A DNA stretch of 64,000 nucleotides from Candidatus Hydrogenedens sp. (lineage in GTDB: Bacteria; Hydrogenedentota; Hydrogenedentia; Hydrogenedentales; Hydrogenedentaceae): the NCBI GenBank assembly GCA_049968235.1, contig JBMFRC010000013.1, positions 18,422 to 82,421 of the forward strand, read 5' to 3'. Position 1 is the first letter of the stretch. Each line of letters starts with the position of its first letter. The notes under the pieces were generated by a model. The model was given only the letters and a program-made list of their open reading frames with translations, searched no databases and was not told the origin of the DNA. Shown piece after piece: positions 29,515 to 40,312 of this stretch. The position numbers and the translations under genes are program-made.

Positions 29515-29536
29515 TTATGAACATATGTTCATAATT
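29515..29536. promoter_or_regulatory. perfect 22-bp palindrome ATTATGAACATATGTTCATAAT, 30 nt upstream of the DUF134 gene and in the divergent aceE control region
   Basis: read directly; the sequence equals its own reverse complement. Confidence 0.6.
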
Positions 29537-29694
29537 ATAACGCAGTTTCGTAGCAAAAGTAAACAAAAATAACTAATTTTTTAGAAAGATACTCAAAAAA
29601 AAAAAAATAAATTAATCAATTAATTTGTTAGTATAATTGGATAATTAACATGGAATATTTAGTAAAATAAAAAAAAACAGAGGGGACGCTATTT

Positions 29695-32388
29695 ATGAGT
29701 AGTTCTGATTATAAAAATGAGATGCAAGAACAAATCAGTGCAATGACTTTTCCGGATGAAGAATGGATTGATGCATTAAAAGCCTATCTGGAAGAACGAG
29801 GTCCTCAGGCAACAGCAAAGTTGATTCGAAGACTTCAGGATTATACTTACCTTTTAGGTATTCGCAAGCCCTGCCCCGCAACTACGCCGTATGTTAATTC
29901 CATTCCTGTATCGGAACAGCCGGAATATCCAGGTAATCGTGAATTAGAACGAATTATTAAATCATATATCCGCTGGAATGCAATGGCAATGGTAGTTCGT
30001 GCAAACCGCGAAGCAGATGGTATTGGGGGGCATATATCTACTTATGCTTCTGTAGCCACCCTATATGAAGTAGGATTTAACCATTTTTTCAAGGCACGAA
30101 CTGAAGACTACGGTGGTGATTTAATTTATTTTCAGGGACATGCTTCACCGGGAATATATGCACGAGCTTACTTAGAGGGACGGCTTTCCGAGAATGACCT
30201 AAAAAACTTTCGACGCGAATTAAATAAAGGAGGAGGCTTGCCGTCATATCCACATCCACGACTTATGCCGGGATTCTGGCAATTCCCAACCGTTTCTATG
30301 GGACTGGGTCCTATTATGGCAATATATCAGGCACGGTTTAACAAATATTTAGAGAATCGGGGTTTGAAGCCTAAAAATGGTGGATATGTTTGGGCATTTT
30401 TGGGAGATGGCGAGACCGATGAGCCGGAAACATTAGGTGCTATTGGTTTAGCCAGTCGCGAGAAATTAGATAACCTAATTTTCGTCATCAACTGTAACTT
30501 ACAACGTTTAGATGGTCCTGTTCGTGGCAATGGAAAAATTATACAGGAGTTGGAAGCCATATTCCGCGGAGCAGGCTGGAATGTAATTAAAGTGGTTTGG
30601 GGTAGTGATTGGGACCCGCTATTTGAGAAGGATGAACATGGTTTATTGGTAAACGCATTAGGGGATATTGTTGATGGTGAGTATCAGAAATTTTCTGTTT
30701 CATCCGGGGAATATATTCGCAAAAAAATGATAGAACATGAACCGCGTCTGGCTCCGTATCTCGAACAGGTTTCAGATATTCAATTACGCCAATTGCGTAG
30801 GGGTGGACATGACCCGGTAAAGGTATATTCTGCGTATTATCATGCGTTACAAACACAAGGGACTCCTACGGTAATATTGGCAAAGACAATCAAAGGATAT
30901 GGACTTGGTGAAAGTGGCGAAGGGAAGAATATAACCCATCAACAAAAGAAACTCAATGAAGATGAACTACGCGAATTTCGGGCTCGCTTCGGGATTCCTG
31001 TCTCCGATGATGAGATTGCCTTCGCCCCGTTTTGTAAACCACCGGAAGACCATCCCGCTATGATATACCTCCAGGAACGACGCAAGGCATTAGGCGGGTA
31101 TTTGCCCCATCGCGATGTATTGGCACCGCCTTTACCTGCACCTGAAAACGAGCTGTTTGATGAGTTTTATAAAGGGACACCTCGTCCCGTCTCCACAACG
31201 ATGGCATTTGTTTCTATTTTACGAAAATTATTACAACATGAACGGATTGGCAAATTAATCGTTCCTATTGTGCCAGACGAAGCACGCACTTTCGGTATGG
31301 AAGGATTATTCCGTCAAATAGGAATTTATTCTTCGCAAGGACAAAAATACGAACCTGTAGATTCCGAATCGGTTCTGTATTACAAAGAAACAACAGATGG
31401 GCAAATCCTTGAAGAAGGGATTTCAGAAGCAGGTTCAATGGCTTCTTTTATTTCTGCAGGAACCGCTTATGCCAGTCATGGAATTAATACCATTCCTTTT
31501 TTCATCTTCTATTCTATGTTCGGATTTCAGCGGATTGGTGATTTAATCTGGGCATCTGCAGATATGAAAGTACGTGGATTTCTCGTAGGTGGCACTGCGG
31601 GCAGAACAACCCTTGCCGGGGAAGGTCTGCAACATCAGGATGGACACAGTCACCTCCTCGCTATGTCTGTTCCCTGCCTTCGTGCATATGACCCCGCGTA
31701 CGCCTACGAAATAGCCATTATTGTGCAGGAAGGCATTCGTAGCATGTATGAAAAGCAGGAACCGGTATTTTATTATTTAACTGTGGGCAATGAAAACTAC
31801 ACCATGCCACCTATCCCGGCGGGGAAAAAAATACGCGATGGGATTATTAAAGGTTTATATCTACTTCGACCTTCTTCCTTAAAAAAATCAAAAATGAAAG
31901 TAAATTTATTAGGCAGTGGTTCATTACTTAATGAAGCACTAAAAGCACAGTTCGTTCTCGAAGAGGAATTTAATATCTCTGCAGATGTATGGAGTGCCAC
32001 GAGTTATAAAATGCTCCGTGAAAATGCCCTGGAAACAGAACGCTGGAATCAGCTACATCCAATATCTACCAAAAAAATTCCGTATGTAACCGAATGCCTG
32101 AACAACAATGCACATGCAACCATTGCCGTTTCCGATTATGTAAAACTTGTTCCGGACAGTATATCCCGATGGGTTCCGCAAAGGTTTATATCCTTAGGAA
32201 CAGATGGTTTTGGGCGTTCCGATACACGAGAAGCCCTGCGACATTACTTTGAGGTAGATAGCCGGTATATCATACTATCTGCCCTGTCTGCACTGGCTCA
32301 AGATAAGAAAATAGATACAAATATCGTAAAAAAATACATGCGGTCCGCAGATATACCTGCAAATAAAAAGTCTCCTATGGACTTATAA
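29695..32388 (+). CDS. aceE: pyruvate dehydrogenase E1 component, homodimeric type
   Basis: 897 aa; ThDP-binding GDGE..N block (FLGDGETDEPE...NCN) and overall AceE architecture; GAGGGGA SD. Confidence 0.9.
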   Translation: MSSSDYKNEMQEQISAMTFPDEEWIDALKAYLEERGPQATAKLIRRLQDYTYLLGIRKPCPATTPYVNSIPVSEQPEYPGNRELERIIKSYIRWNAMAMVVRANREADGIGGHISTYASVATLYEVGFNHFFKARTEDYGGDLIYFQGHASPGIYARAYLEGRLSENDLKNFRRELNKGGGLPSYPHPRLMPGFWQFPTVSMGLGPIMAIYQARFNKYLENRGLKPKNGGYVWAFLGDGETDEPETLGAIGLASREKLDNLIFVINCNLQRLDGPVRGNGKIIQELEAIFRGAGWNVIKVVWGSDWDPLFEKDEHGLLVNALGDIVDGEYQKFSVSSGEYIRKKMIEHEPRLAPYLEQVSDIQLRQLRRGGHDPVKVYSAYYHALQTQGTPTVILAKTIKGYGLGESGEGKNITHQQKKLNEDELREFRARFGIPVSDDEIAFAPFCKPPEDHPAMIYLQERRKALGGYLPHRDVLAPPLPAPENELFDEFYKGTPRPVSTTMAFVSILRKLLQHERIGKLIVPIVPDEARTFGMEGLFRQIGIYSSQGQKYEPVDSESVLYYKETTDGQILEEGISEAGSMASFISAGTAYASHGINTIPFFIFYSMFGFQRIGDLIWASADMKVRGFLVGGTAGRTTLAGEGLQHQDGHSHLLAMSVPCLRAYDPAYAYEIAIIVQEGIRSMYEKQEPVFYYLTVGNENYTMPPIPAGKKIRDGIIKGLYLLRPSSLKKSKMKVNLLGSGSLLNEALKAQFVLEEEFNISADVWSATSYKMLRENALETERWNQLHPISTKKIPYVTECLNNNAHATIAVSDYVKLVPDSISRWVPQRFISLGTDGFGRSDTREALRHYFEVDSRYIILSALSALAQDKKIDTNIVKKYMRSADIPANKKSPMDL

Positions 32389-32413
32389 CACATAATTAAA
32401 GAAGGAATAGACC

Positions 32414-33739
32414 ATGCCAAAGGAATTCCGATTACCCTCGCTGGGGGAAAATGTTGCAGAAGCAACTATTGGTAAGATTTTAGTAAAGGTTGGAGATATT
32501 ATCCGTAAAGGACAGACTGTCTTGGAAATTGAAACGGATAAAGCGGTGGCAGAAATACCCTCTTCGCAGGAGGGTAAAATACTAGAAATCCATGTGAAGG
32601 AAGGGCAAAAAGTAAAGCCCGGCATCTTAATTTTTACTATAGAGGAGATAACAGGGACGAGCACACCACCTCCTGAGCCTGTTTCTACACCTGAAGGGGG
32701 AAAAGTATCTCCACCAAAACAAGAAAGGCTTGTTTCTCCTCTTGTCGAAAAACCTGTGCCATTACGACCTTCTTCAGTTTCGGTAGTCGCAAGTCAAAAA
32801 GCAACATCGAATATTCCCATTTTGGCTTCCCCATCGGTTCGTAGATTGGCACGCGAATTAGGAGTTTCACTTGAAGAAGTCCCTGCATCGGACACGTCCG
32901 GAAAAATCTCTACGGAAGATGTTATTGCGTATCATAAGAGAAAGACAGAAAATATAGCGATAGTGGAAACGGAGATAAGCCATGATATGCCCACATCTGA
33001 ATCTGCAGAAGAGATAGATATATCATCTTCCAAAGATTCCTGGGGACCTGTGGTTATTGAACCGATGAGTACCATTCGCAAAAAAACCGCGGAACAAATG
33101 ATGCGTAGTTGGTCTGCTCCACACGTAACCCATTTTGATAAAGCGAATATAACGCAATTGGAAGAACTCCGTGAGGCATGGTCAAAGAAAATTCAATCCG
33201 CCGGCGGTAGATTAAGCGTACTCATTTTTACATTGAAAGTCGTTGCCGAAGCATTAAAAAAATTCCCAAAGTTTAATACCAGCATTGACCTCGAAAAAGA
33301 ACAAATTATCTATAAAAAATATTATCATATCGGTGTTGCGGTTGATACAGAATACGGACTTCTGGTTCCTGTCCTGCGAAATGTGGATAAGAAGTCAATT
33401 AAAGAACTTTCTATTGAACTCCCAAAATTAGCGGAGAAAGCCCGACAACGGAAATTAACTTTAGAAGAATTGCAGGGTGCCACATTCACTATAAGTAATT
33501 TAGGCGGTTTAGGGGGTACTGGCTTTACACCGATTATAAATGCGCCACAGGTGGCTATTTTGGGGATGTCCCGTTCCAGTATGGAACCTATATACCAAAA
33601 TGGTAGTTTTATTCCACAACTCATGCTACCTTTAAGTTTGTCGTATGACCATCGTGTTATCGATGGAGCAGAGTCCGCTCGTTTTGTTCGCTGGATTTGT
33701 AATGCTCTTGAAAATCCATGGAATATATTTCTTGAATAA
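32414..33739 (+). CDS. aceF: dihydrolipoamide acetyltransferase E2
   Basis: single lipoyl domain (EIETDKAVAEIPS), Pro/Ser linker, E3-binding domain, catalytic DHRVIDGA. Confidence 0.85.
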   Translation: MPKEFRLPSLGENVAEATIGKILVKVGDIIRKGQTVLEIETDKAVAEIPSSQEGKILEIHVKEGQKVKPGILIFTIEEITGTSTPPPEPVSTPEGGKVSPPKQERLVSPLVEKPVPLRPSSVSVVASQKATSNIPILASPSVRRLARELGVSLEEVPASDTSGKISTEDVIAYHKRKTENIAIVETEISHDMPTSESAEEIDISSSKDSWGPVVIEPMSTIRKKTAEQMMRSWSAPHVTHFDKANITQLEELREAWSKKIQSAGGRLSVLIFTLKVVAEALKKFPKFNTSIDLEKEQIIYKKYYHIGVAVDTEYGLLVPVLRNVDKKSIKELSIELPKLAEKARQRKLTLEELQGATFTISNLGGLGGTGFTPIINAPQVAILGMSRSSMEPIYQNGSFIPQLMLPLSLSYDHRVIDGAESARFVRWICNALENPWNIFLE

Positions 33740-33767
33740 TTAAGAATTACAAACAGAAGGAGGTCTT

Positions 33768-35195
33768 ATGCCCGAAGTAATTCAAACACAGGTTGCAGTC
33801 ATTGGTGCAGGTCCGGGTGGTTATGGATGCGCCTTTATGTGTGCCGATTTAGGACTACAAACGGTTCTTATCGATGTAGAAAAGAATCCAGGCGGGACAT
33901 GCCTCTATCGAGGTTGTATCCCAACAAAATCTTTACTCCACATATCTCATGTAATTTCCAATGCGTTAGAGGCAAAAAAATTTGGCGTTCACTTCCAGAA
34001 ACCAAAATTAGATATTAATGAAATACGAAAAAATGTGCAGGGTGTCGTCGAACACTTAACCGGTGGTTTGGGTCAACTAACGAAGTTACGAAATATTAAT
34101 TATGTTCAGGGACGAGCCAGTTTCCTGGATTCAAACACATTAGAAGTTTTCTTGATGGATGGTCGAGAATTACGTATCCATGCAGAATATACTGTCATTT
34201 CTGCTGGTTCGAGACCCGCCTTATTTGGACAACCTATTGATTCGCCAGATATTATGAATTCCAATACTGCTATCAACATAGAGGATATACCCGAACGATT
34301 ACTGGTTATTGGTGGTGGATATATCGGGCTGGAATTAGGTACTGTTTATGCCACTTTAGGCTCTGAAGTAACACTCGTGGAGGTTACTGATGGACTACTC
34401 CCCGGTGTTGACCGTGATTTAGTGCGTCCTTTAGAAAAACATTTAGAAAATGTTATATATCAAATCCATTTAAAAACACTGGTCAAACAATTAAAACCGC
34501 AAAAGAAAGGTATTTCTGTTGAACTGGAAGGTGCGGAAATAAAAAAAACACAACAGATTTTTGATAAGGTTCTTGTATCAGTTGGCAGAAAACCCAATAG
34601 TAGCGGTTTAGGTTTAAAAAATACAAATGTGTCTGTGGACGAAAAAGGATTTATCCGTGTTGACGAACAAAGACACACAACTGACCCCTATATCTTTGCC
34701 ATTGGCGATGTTGCAGGAGGACCTATGTTAGCCCATAAAGCAACACATGAGGGACGAGTTGTTGCAGAGGTCATCTCCGGCAAGAATGTCGCCTTTGAAC
34801 CGCAAGCTATCCCTGCTGTTGTTTTCACTGACCCTGAAATTGCGTGGTGTGGACTTACCGAAGAACAAGCACGCTCAAAAAATATACCCGTTCAAGTATC
34901 AAGATTCCCATGGTCTGCTTCTGGCAGAGCCATGACAATGTTCCGTGGGGAGGGATTGACAAAACTCATAACCCATGCAGAAACACAACAAATTCTCGGT
35001 TTCGGTATCGTCGGAGCCAATGCTGGTGAACTTATCGGTGAAGCTACATTGGCTATTGAGATGGGTGCGACGCTCGAAGACCTCGACTTAACCATACACC
35101 CGCATCCTACTCTCAGTGAAACCATCATGGAATCTGCAGGTGCTTTACTCGGTAAAAGTACCCATGTTTACCGCAAACCCCAACGAAAAGAATAA
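33768..35195 (+). CDS. lpdA: dihydrolipoyl dehydrogenase E3
   Basis: FAD GAGPGG, redox-active GGTCLYRGCIPTK, C-terminal HPHPTLSE. Confidence 0.9.
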   Translation: MPEVIQTQVAVIGAGPGGYGCAFMCADLGLQTVLIDVEKNPGGTCLYRGCIPTKSLLHISHVISNALEAKKFGVHFQKPKLDINEIRKNVQGVVEHLTGGLGQLTKLRNINYVQGRASFLDSNTLEVFLMDGRELRIHAEYTVISAGSRPALFGQPIDSPDIMNSNTAINIEDIPERLLVIGGGYIGLELGTVYATLGSEVTLVEVTDGLLPGVDRDLVRPLEKHLENVIYQIHLKTLVKQLKPQKKGISVELEGAEIKKTQQIFDKVLVSVGRKPNSSGLGLKNTNVSVDEKGFIRVDEQRHTTDPYIFAIGDVAGGPMLAHKATHEGRVVAEVISGKNVAFEPQAIPAVVFTDPEIAWCGLTEEQARSKNIPVQVSRFPWSASGRAMTMFRGEGLTKLITHAETQQILGFGIVGANAGELIGEATLAIEMGATLEDLDLTIHPHPTLSETIMESAGALLGKSTHVYRKPQRKE

Positions 35196-35211
35196 ACTCC
35201 GGACAAATTGA

Positions 35212-35733
35212 CTATCCTTCATTATCGTTCATCTTATCTTCCTCATCAGGTCTTTTTATATACGTATCAATCCCATATTTATCATAAACATTAAAAATCT
35301 CCTCGCAAAACTGTATAATCCGCATATCACTTTTCTCTTTTGCTTCATTATAAAGCCTTATTATAAACCGTTTCCCAAACTCCGTTTGAGAATAATTCTT
35401 CTTTAAATAATTATTCACCGAACATAATGTTTGTCCATTTTCAACAGAATTTGTCCCTCCTTTATCCAGCGGAATCCTATGGTCCACATGTATCTCCACA
35501 CCATCTTCCCTACCCCTTACACAAACCACACAACGATAATTGTCCCTCTCAAATATTTCTTCCTTCACTGAATCAGTAAATTCAAATAACTCCCTTTTCT
35601 GAACCAAATCGGGGTCATATTTATAGACCCCTTTTTTTTCCTTTATTAGCCACCCACTTTGATGTAATTTTCGAATCCCCCACCAGGGATCTCTCGGTTT
35701 TCTCCCATACAACTTTTTATATTGTTCTTCCAC
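35212..35733 (-). CDS. HNH endonuclease (possible restriction-endonuclease remnant of an R-M pair)
   Basis: CVVC..HVDHRIP..NGQTLC HNH motif; adjacent to disrupted MTase. Confidence 0.65.
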   Translation of the reverse strand: MEEQYKKLYGRKPRDPWWGIRKLHQSGWLIKEKKGVYKYDPDLVQKRELFEFTDSVKEEIFERDNYRCVVCVRGREDGVEIHVDHRIPLDKGGTNSVENGQTLCSVNNYLKKNYSQTEFGKRFIIRLYNEAKEKSDMRIIQFCEEIFNVYDKYGIDTYIKRPDEEDKMNDNEG

Positions 35734-35834
35734 CTAATCTACAACGGGTCCATGAGATAATTATTTTTTCGGATGAGAAATAAAATATTCCATTATCAGG
35801 TCTTCAATACTAATATACTTCGACTCTTCCACTT

Positions 35835-36637
35835 CTATTCAGCCTTCCTTACCATATCGAACCTTAACTGGTCAATCTCTACCTCTTTTAACAACCGTTG
35901 TTTTGCTATTTTGCAATAGTTTTCATCTATTTCAATACCAATTCCTTTCCTATTCGTTGTGGCACATGCAAGAAGAGTTGTCCCGCTTCCTAAAAAGGGG
36001 TCTAATACCGTATCCCCGACAAAAGTAAACAATTTAATACATCGTCTTGGCAATTCAAGTGGAAACGGTGCCGGATGACCAATTCTCGTTTTGCTTTCTC
36101 CCATAAAAGTCCAAAACCCATTGGTCCACTGGACAAATTCATCTTTTGTTATGTCTGACTCTCCACTTCCACTTGTTTTTTTCCAATTATTTTTATACAG
36201 CACTGCTATCATTTCCACAGGAGCAATTACATACGGTGCCGAAGCAGATAACCATGAACCCCATGCGGTTCTTCAGGAAATATTTTGTTCATTCCAAACA
36301 ATTGCAGAATGGTATTTATAACCTATCTTTTTTGCGATAGTTATTACATCCGCAAATACACTTTGCTGTCCACCTTTGTTCTTATCCAATGGAATATTTA
36401 AACAAAACCTTCCGTCTCCTTTTAATACTCTATACGCTTTATCAAGCCAATTTGCCGTAAATGCCAGATATTCTTTATACGAAACTGTATCGTTATATGA
36501 ATTATAACTAATATCTACATTATACGGAGGGGAAGTTATAATCAAATCGATAGAATTCTCTTCAACACAATCCGTTACCAGGAAATCTGCATTGTAAATC
36601 TGCAGATTATTTCTTTCAAAATAAGTTTTTCTTTCAT
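35835..36637 (-). pseudogene. beta-class (N6A/N4C) DNA methyltransferase, disrupted by a -1 frameshift in an A5 tract (36626-36630) and an in-frame TGA (36273-36275)
   Basis: true start ATG 36637 with GAGGTG SD; motif IV DLIITSPPY precedes motif I DPFLGSGTT; frames reconstructed by hand. Confidence 0.6.
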
Positions 36638-36776
36638 GCTAAACACACCTCAAATCATTATTAACACAATCATACCATTATAATACCCCTTTTAACTTGC
36701 CTATACAAAATATTTACCTACCCGATGTATTGCTTCCTATTTACTATCATCTCATTTTCTTGTATCCCATTTTACT

Positions 36777-38924
36777 TTATTTATTTTCTGCAATCCTTTT
36801 TACTTTATCCGGCAATTTTTCTCTGTATTTGTCGGTGTATAGTCCGATTTGAGCAAAGGGGATGGGGTCGAAATTAAATCCTGATGTGATTAATATATCT
36901 TTATTTATCTCAAAATTTCCCTGTGTGAATTGAGGAAATAAGGCGTCGTCGTTATTAACTAGATTATCCTCGAAAATAATTTGGGATGCTTCCATTTTTC
37001 TCATGACTTCGTTGCATTTCCAGAATATATTTCTTCTCACGGTATTCTTATTTCTGTCCTCATAAATGTTTACTATTTCCGGATATTTTTGAACATACAA
37101 GTTGTAATCTATATCGGGCTTATTAAGGGCATCATTCACAATGTTTCTCCATTCTTCTTCGGTGCAGGTCTGAAAAGTAACGCCAATAAAACAATCCGCA
37201 AAGATATTATTTTCTATCAGGTTATCCTTACCTCCATTTACCTGAACGCCACCGAAAATGCCCTCCTTAGCACATGCTTTATAAAACACATTCCCGTAAA
37301 TCTTCACACCTGAGATAGGAAAATCCAGCCGAACTCCTCCCTGTAAAGGCAGACCAGGCTTGTCCCAATTCCCGATATGATGCCAGTAGTTGTAGCGATA
37401 TATCATACCGCGATAAGTGGGATTCCCATAACTATCCAAGCCACCCTGGTCATCTGATTCCTGAACCACATCGCAAACCTCATTATATTCAACAAGAATA
37501 TCATTTCCATCCATACGGAAAGCACTGCTCGGATTCTTATGCACAAAATTATGGGAAATCACATGTCCTACACCTTCTCCATACACCGCTGGTTTGTAAG
37601 TATGGTCAACACGGGCTAAATCATAAAAATAGCAGTTATCTACTTTGAACCCACTTGAGGTTAACGTTTTACGGTTACCCCCTTTCAAAAATACACCCCC
37701 TTTCCCTAAAGTCTCGAAGTCACAAGATTGGACACAATGGTTTTTTCCTCCATCTACGGCAACCCCATAGCCTCCACTCTGGCTAAAAGAACAACCCAAT
37801 ATTCGGATATCCTCTCCCTCAAAAATCTCTATTAGATTTCCAGAACTCAGTTTAAAATGTAATCCTTCTACATAGATATGGCTCGCATCTTCAAATGTAA
37901 ACATGGGTCCCTCAAACCATGAAAACTCAATAACTGCTCCATCCATATTTGCGGGCGGATAAAAATATAGGAGCATATTTTCCCTATCCAGATACCATTC
38001 ACCGGGCTGGTCCAATTCACACAATAGGTTAAGAGCATAAAATCTTGCCCCTTCCTTATACCCATAAGCCGAAGCAGATTGAGCCAATTTTATTTCCCTT
38101 TTATCCAGGTCAATCGAACCTATATATTCATAAGAATCCGACCAATCGTAATGCCAATATCCATGCAATAGAACATTAGGCTCATTTACCCAATTTTGAA
38201 GTGGGCAGTTCTCTACTTTGATTTTTACATTTGTCATTGTAGAAAATCCCGGTAATCGTTCAACAGTCTCTCCTTCTACTCCCGCAACATGAAGGAAACC
38301 CTCATTGGGATACCTTGCTAATGTCATAGCCTGCCCATTGAAAAATATCTCTACATATGGGAAAGCGGTATATCCTTTATAACCGCGGTCCTTCTGACGT
38401 AATTCCAGATTTCCAAATCCACCTAACTTCAACGGAGGGAGAGATTTTAATCCATACTCTTTCATATCTGCCACATAAAGTTTCTCCCATATTTCCTTTT
38501 TAATCCTACCTGAGGCATCTACTTCTCTCATCTTCTTAAAATTCTTTATCTAAATTCCACCGCTGATTATGTTTTCTGATTTATCTTCTGTGGTAATAAT
38601 AATCGGTTTCCCTTCTTCTCCACTATGCTCTTTTGTAAAAACTACTCTATCGGTTATTTTATATTCCCCTTTTTGCAGGACAATTTTTACCCCTTTTTCT
38701 GGGAATTTACCATTCTTTTTCAGTCCACCTATATAATTCAGGACTTCTTGAAATGTATTAAAAGATACCCCTTTATCAAATGCTTCCTTGTTATCATTTA
38801 CAGGCAAAACGCGGATTCTTTTTTGATAGGATAGTTCAGAGGCATACAGGAAATATCCATTTCCCATAAGAAAAAGTGCACAAACCCAGAGCACACCAAA
38901 ACGAAAAATATCCTTCGGCTTCAT
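36777..38924 (-). pseudogene. secreted right-handed parallel beta-helix (pectate-lyase fold) protein interrupted by a single in-frame TAG (38550-38552)
   Basis: the 124-aa signal-peptide ORF and the 584-aa beta-helix ORF are in the same frame, separated by TAG plus 6 sense codons; no SD for the second part. Confidence 0.5.
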
Positions 38925-39022
38925 AATCCATCCTTTACAAATTGCTTATTATAAATTTATGGTATCCATAACAAATCATCCTCTTTCATTATTTTCCCAT
39001 GTCGCAAATAACTGAGAACTTG

Positions 39023-39946
39023 CTATCTCTTACCTTTTATAAATTCTACCGTTTGGGTCAAACCTGTTTTAAGGTCAGTTTTGGGTTGCCAGCCTAAAAT
39101 TTGATATGCTTTCTCACCTGTAATAAAGATAGTTTGCACTTCACCGGGACGTAACGGTGCTAATTCCGGTTCTTCGTTATACCCTACAACCTTGGCAATA
39201 ATATCAAAGATTTCGCGGACTGTCGTCCCTTTTGCCGAACCTAAATTCACTGTTTCATTTACTCCCTTTTCCAGCCCTAATAAAAACGCTCGTGCTATAT
39301 CCTTCACAAAGACATAGTCGCGTTTGGGTGTGCCATAACCATACAAAACGGGTTTTTTCCCTTTCAACATAAGACCGGTAAGTATGGAACAAACACCGGC
39401 TTCCCCTTCGGGGCTCTGCCTCGGTCCATATACATTCGGTAATCGCAAAATAAGATAGTTCAGACCATGAAGTCGTTGATACAAACCTAAATAATGTTCA
39501 AAGGATAACTTACTTGTCCCATAGGGGGACATCGGTTTGGGGAAATAAGTTTCTGGCACAGGTAAAAGTTCCGATTCACCATATATAGCCCCACCTGTAG
39601 ACGAAAAAATAAATTTACTTACACCATATTTCACAGCATTATTTAACAGATTAATCCCACCTAATATGTTTACTTTTGCGTCAAATATCGGGTCTGTTAC
39701 ACTTTTTCGAACATCAATTTGAGCTGCTAAATGTGCCACAAAATCTGGACGAAATTCGTTAAATACCATATCCATTTGCTCTGAACATACATCCATTTCG
39801 ATAAACTTCGCTTTCGTATTTAAATTTTCAAGTTTCCCTGAACTTAAGTTATCAACAACAAGTACCTCGTGTTGATTTTCGAGCAATATATCTACCACAT
39901 GCGAGCCAATAAACCCTGCTCCACCTGTAACTATTACTTTTGACAT
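39023..39946 (-). CDS. NAD-dependent epimerase/dehydratase (UDP-sugar 4-epimerase/decarboxylase family)
   Basis: VTGGAGFIGSHV Rossmann motif and YGTSK catalytic Tyr-x3-Lys. Confidence 0.8.
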   Translation of the reverse strand: MSKVIVTGGAGFIGSHVVDILLENQHEVLVVDNLSSGKLENLNTKAKFIEMDVCSEQMDMVFNEFRPDFVAHLAAQIDVRKSVTDPIFDAKVNILGGINLLNNAVKYGVSKFIFSSTGGAIYGESELLPVPETYFPKPMSPYGTSKLSFEHYLGLYQRLHGLNYLILRLPNVYGPRQSPEGEAGVCSILTGLMLKGKKPVLYGYGTPKRDYVFVKDIARAFLLGLEKGVNETVNLGSAKGTTVREIFDIIAKVVGYNEEPELAPLRPGEVQTIFITGEKAYQILGWQPKTDLKTGLTQTVEFIKGKR

Positions 39947-40312
39947 AAGTAAACCTTTCTTTTTACAAAATTGCTGGATAAAATGAAATTAGATAATACC
40001 AAAAATATCTATTTATTTTCACAGAACATACTAAATACTCCACCCACAATAGATATTTTTTATATAGGTAATTTACCCATGATACTAATAAAACACAAAT
40101 TGTGGAAATATGAATAAAGAGCAAATTATAAAAAGATAATGCTAAAATCGTTGGGTTTCCTTAACAATATAAATAATTGGGTTAAAAATCAGTAGCCAAG
40201 GGAAGTGATGTTTGTAATAAGGTATATGGATTGAGAAAAATGCGTGTTTTGGTCGTATAGGTATCTATAACATCTTTTTCATTATTGTGTTATTGGGGAA
40301 ATATATCTCTAC

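Noticed and set aside
35835-38924. alternative genetic code (TGA or TAG reassigned) explaining the in-frame stops
   Set aside because: TAA, TAG and TGA all terminate well-conserved genes in this window (for example flhB ends TAG, the NUDIX gene ends TGA) and all other long ORFs are uninterrupted
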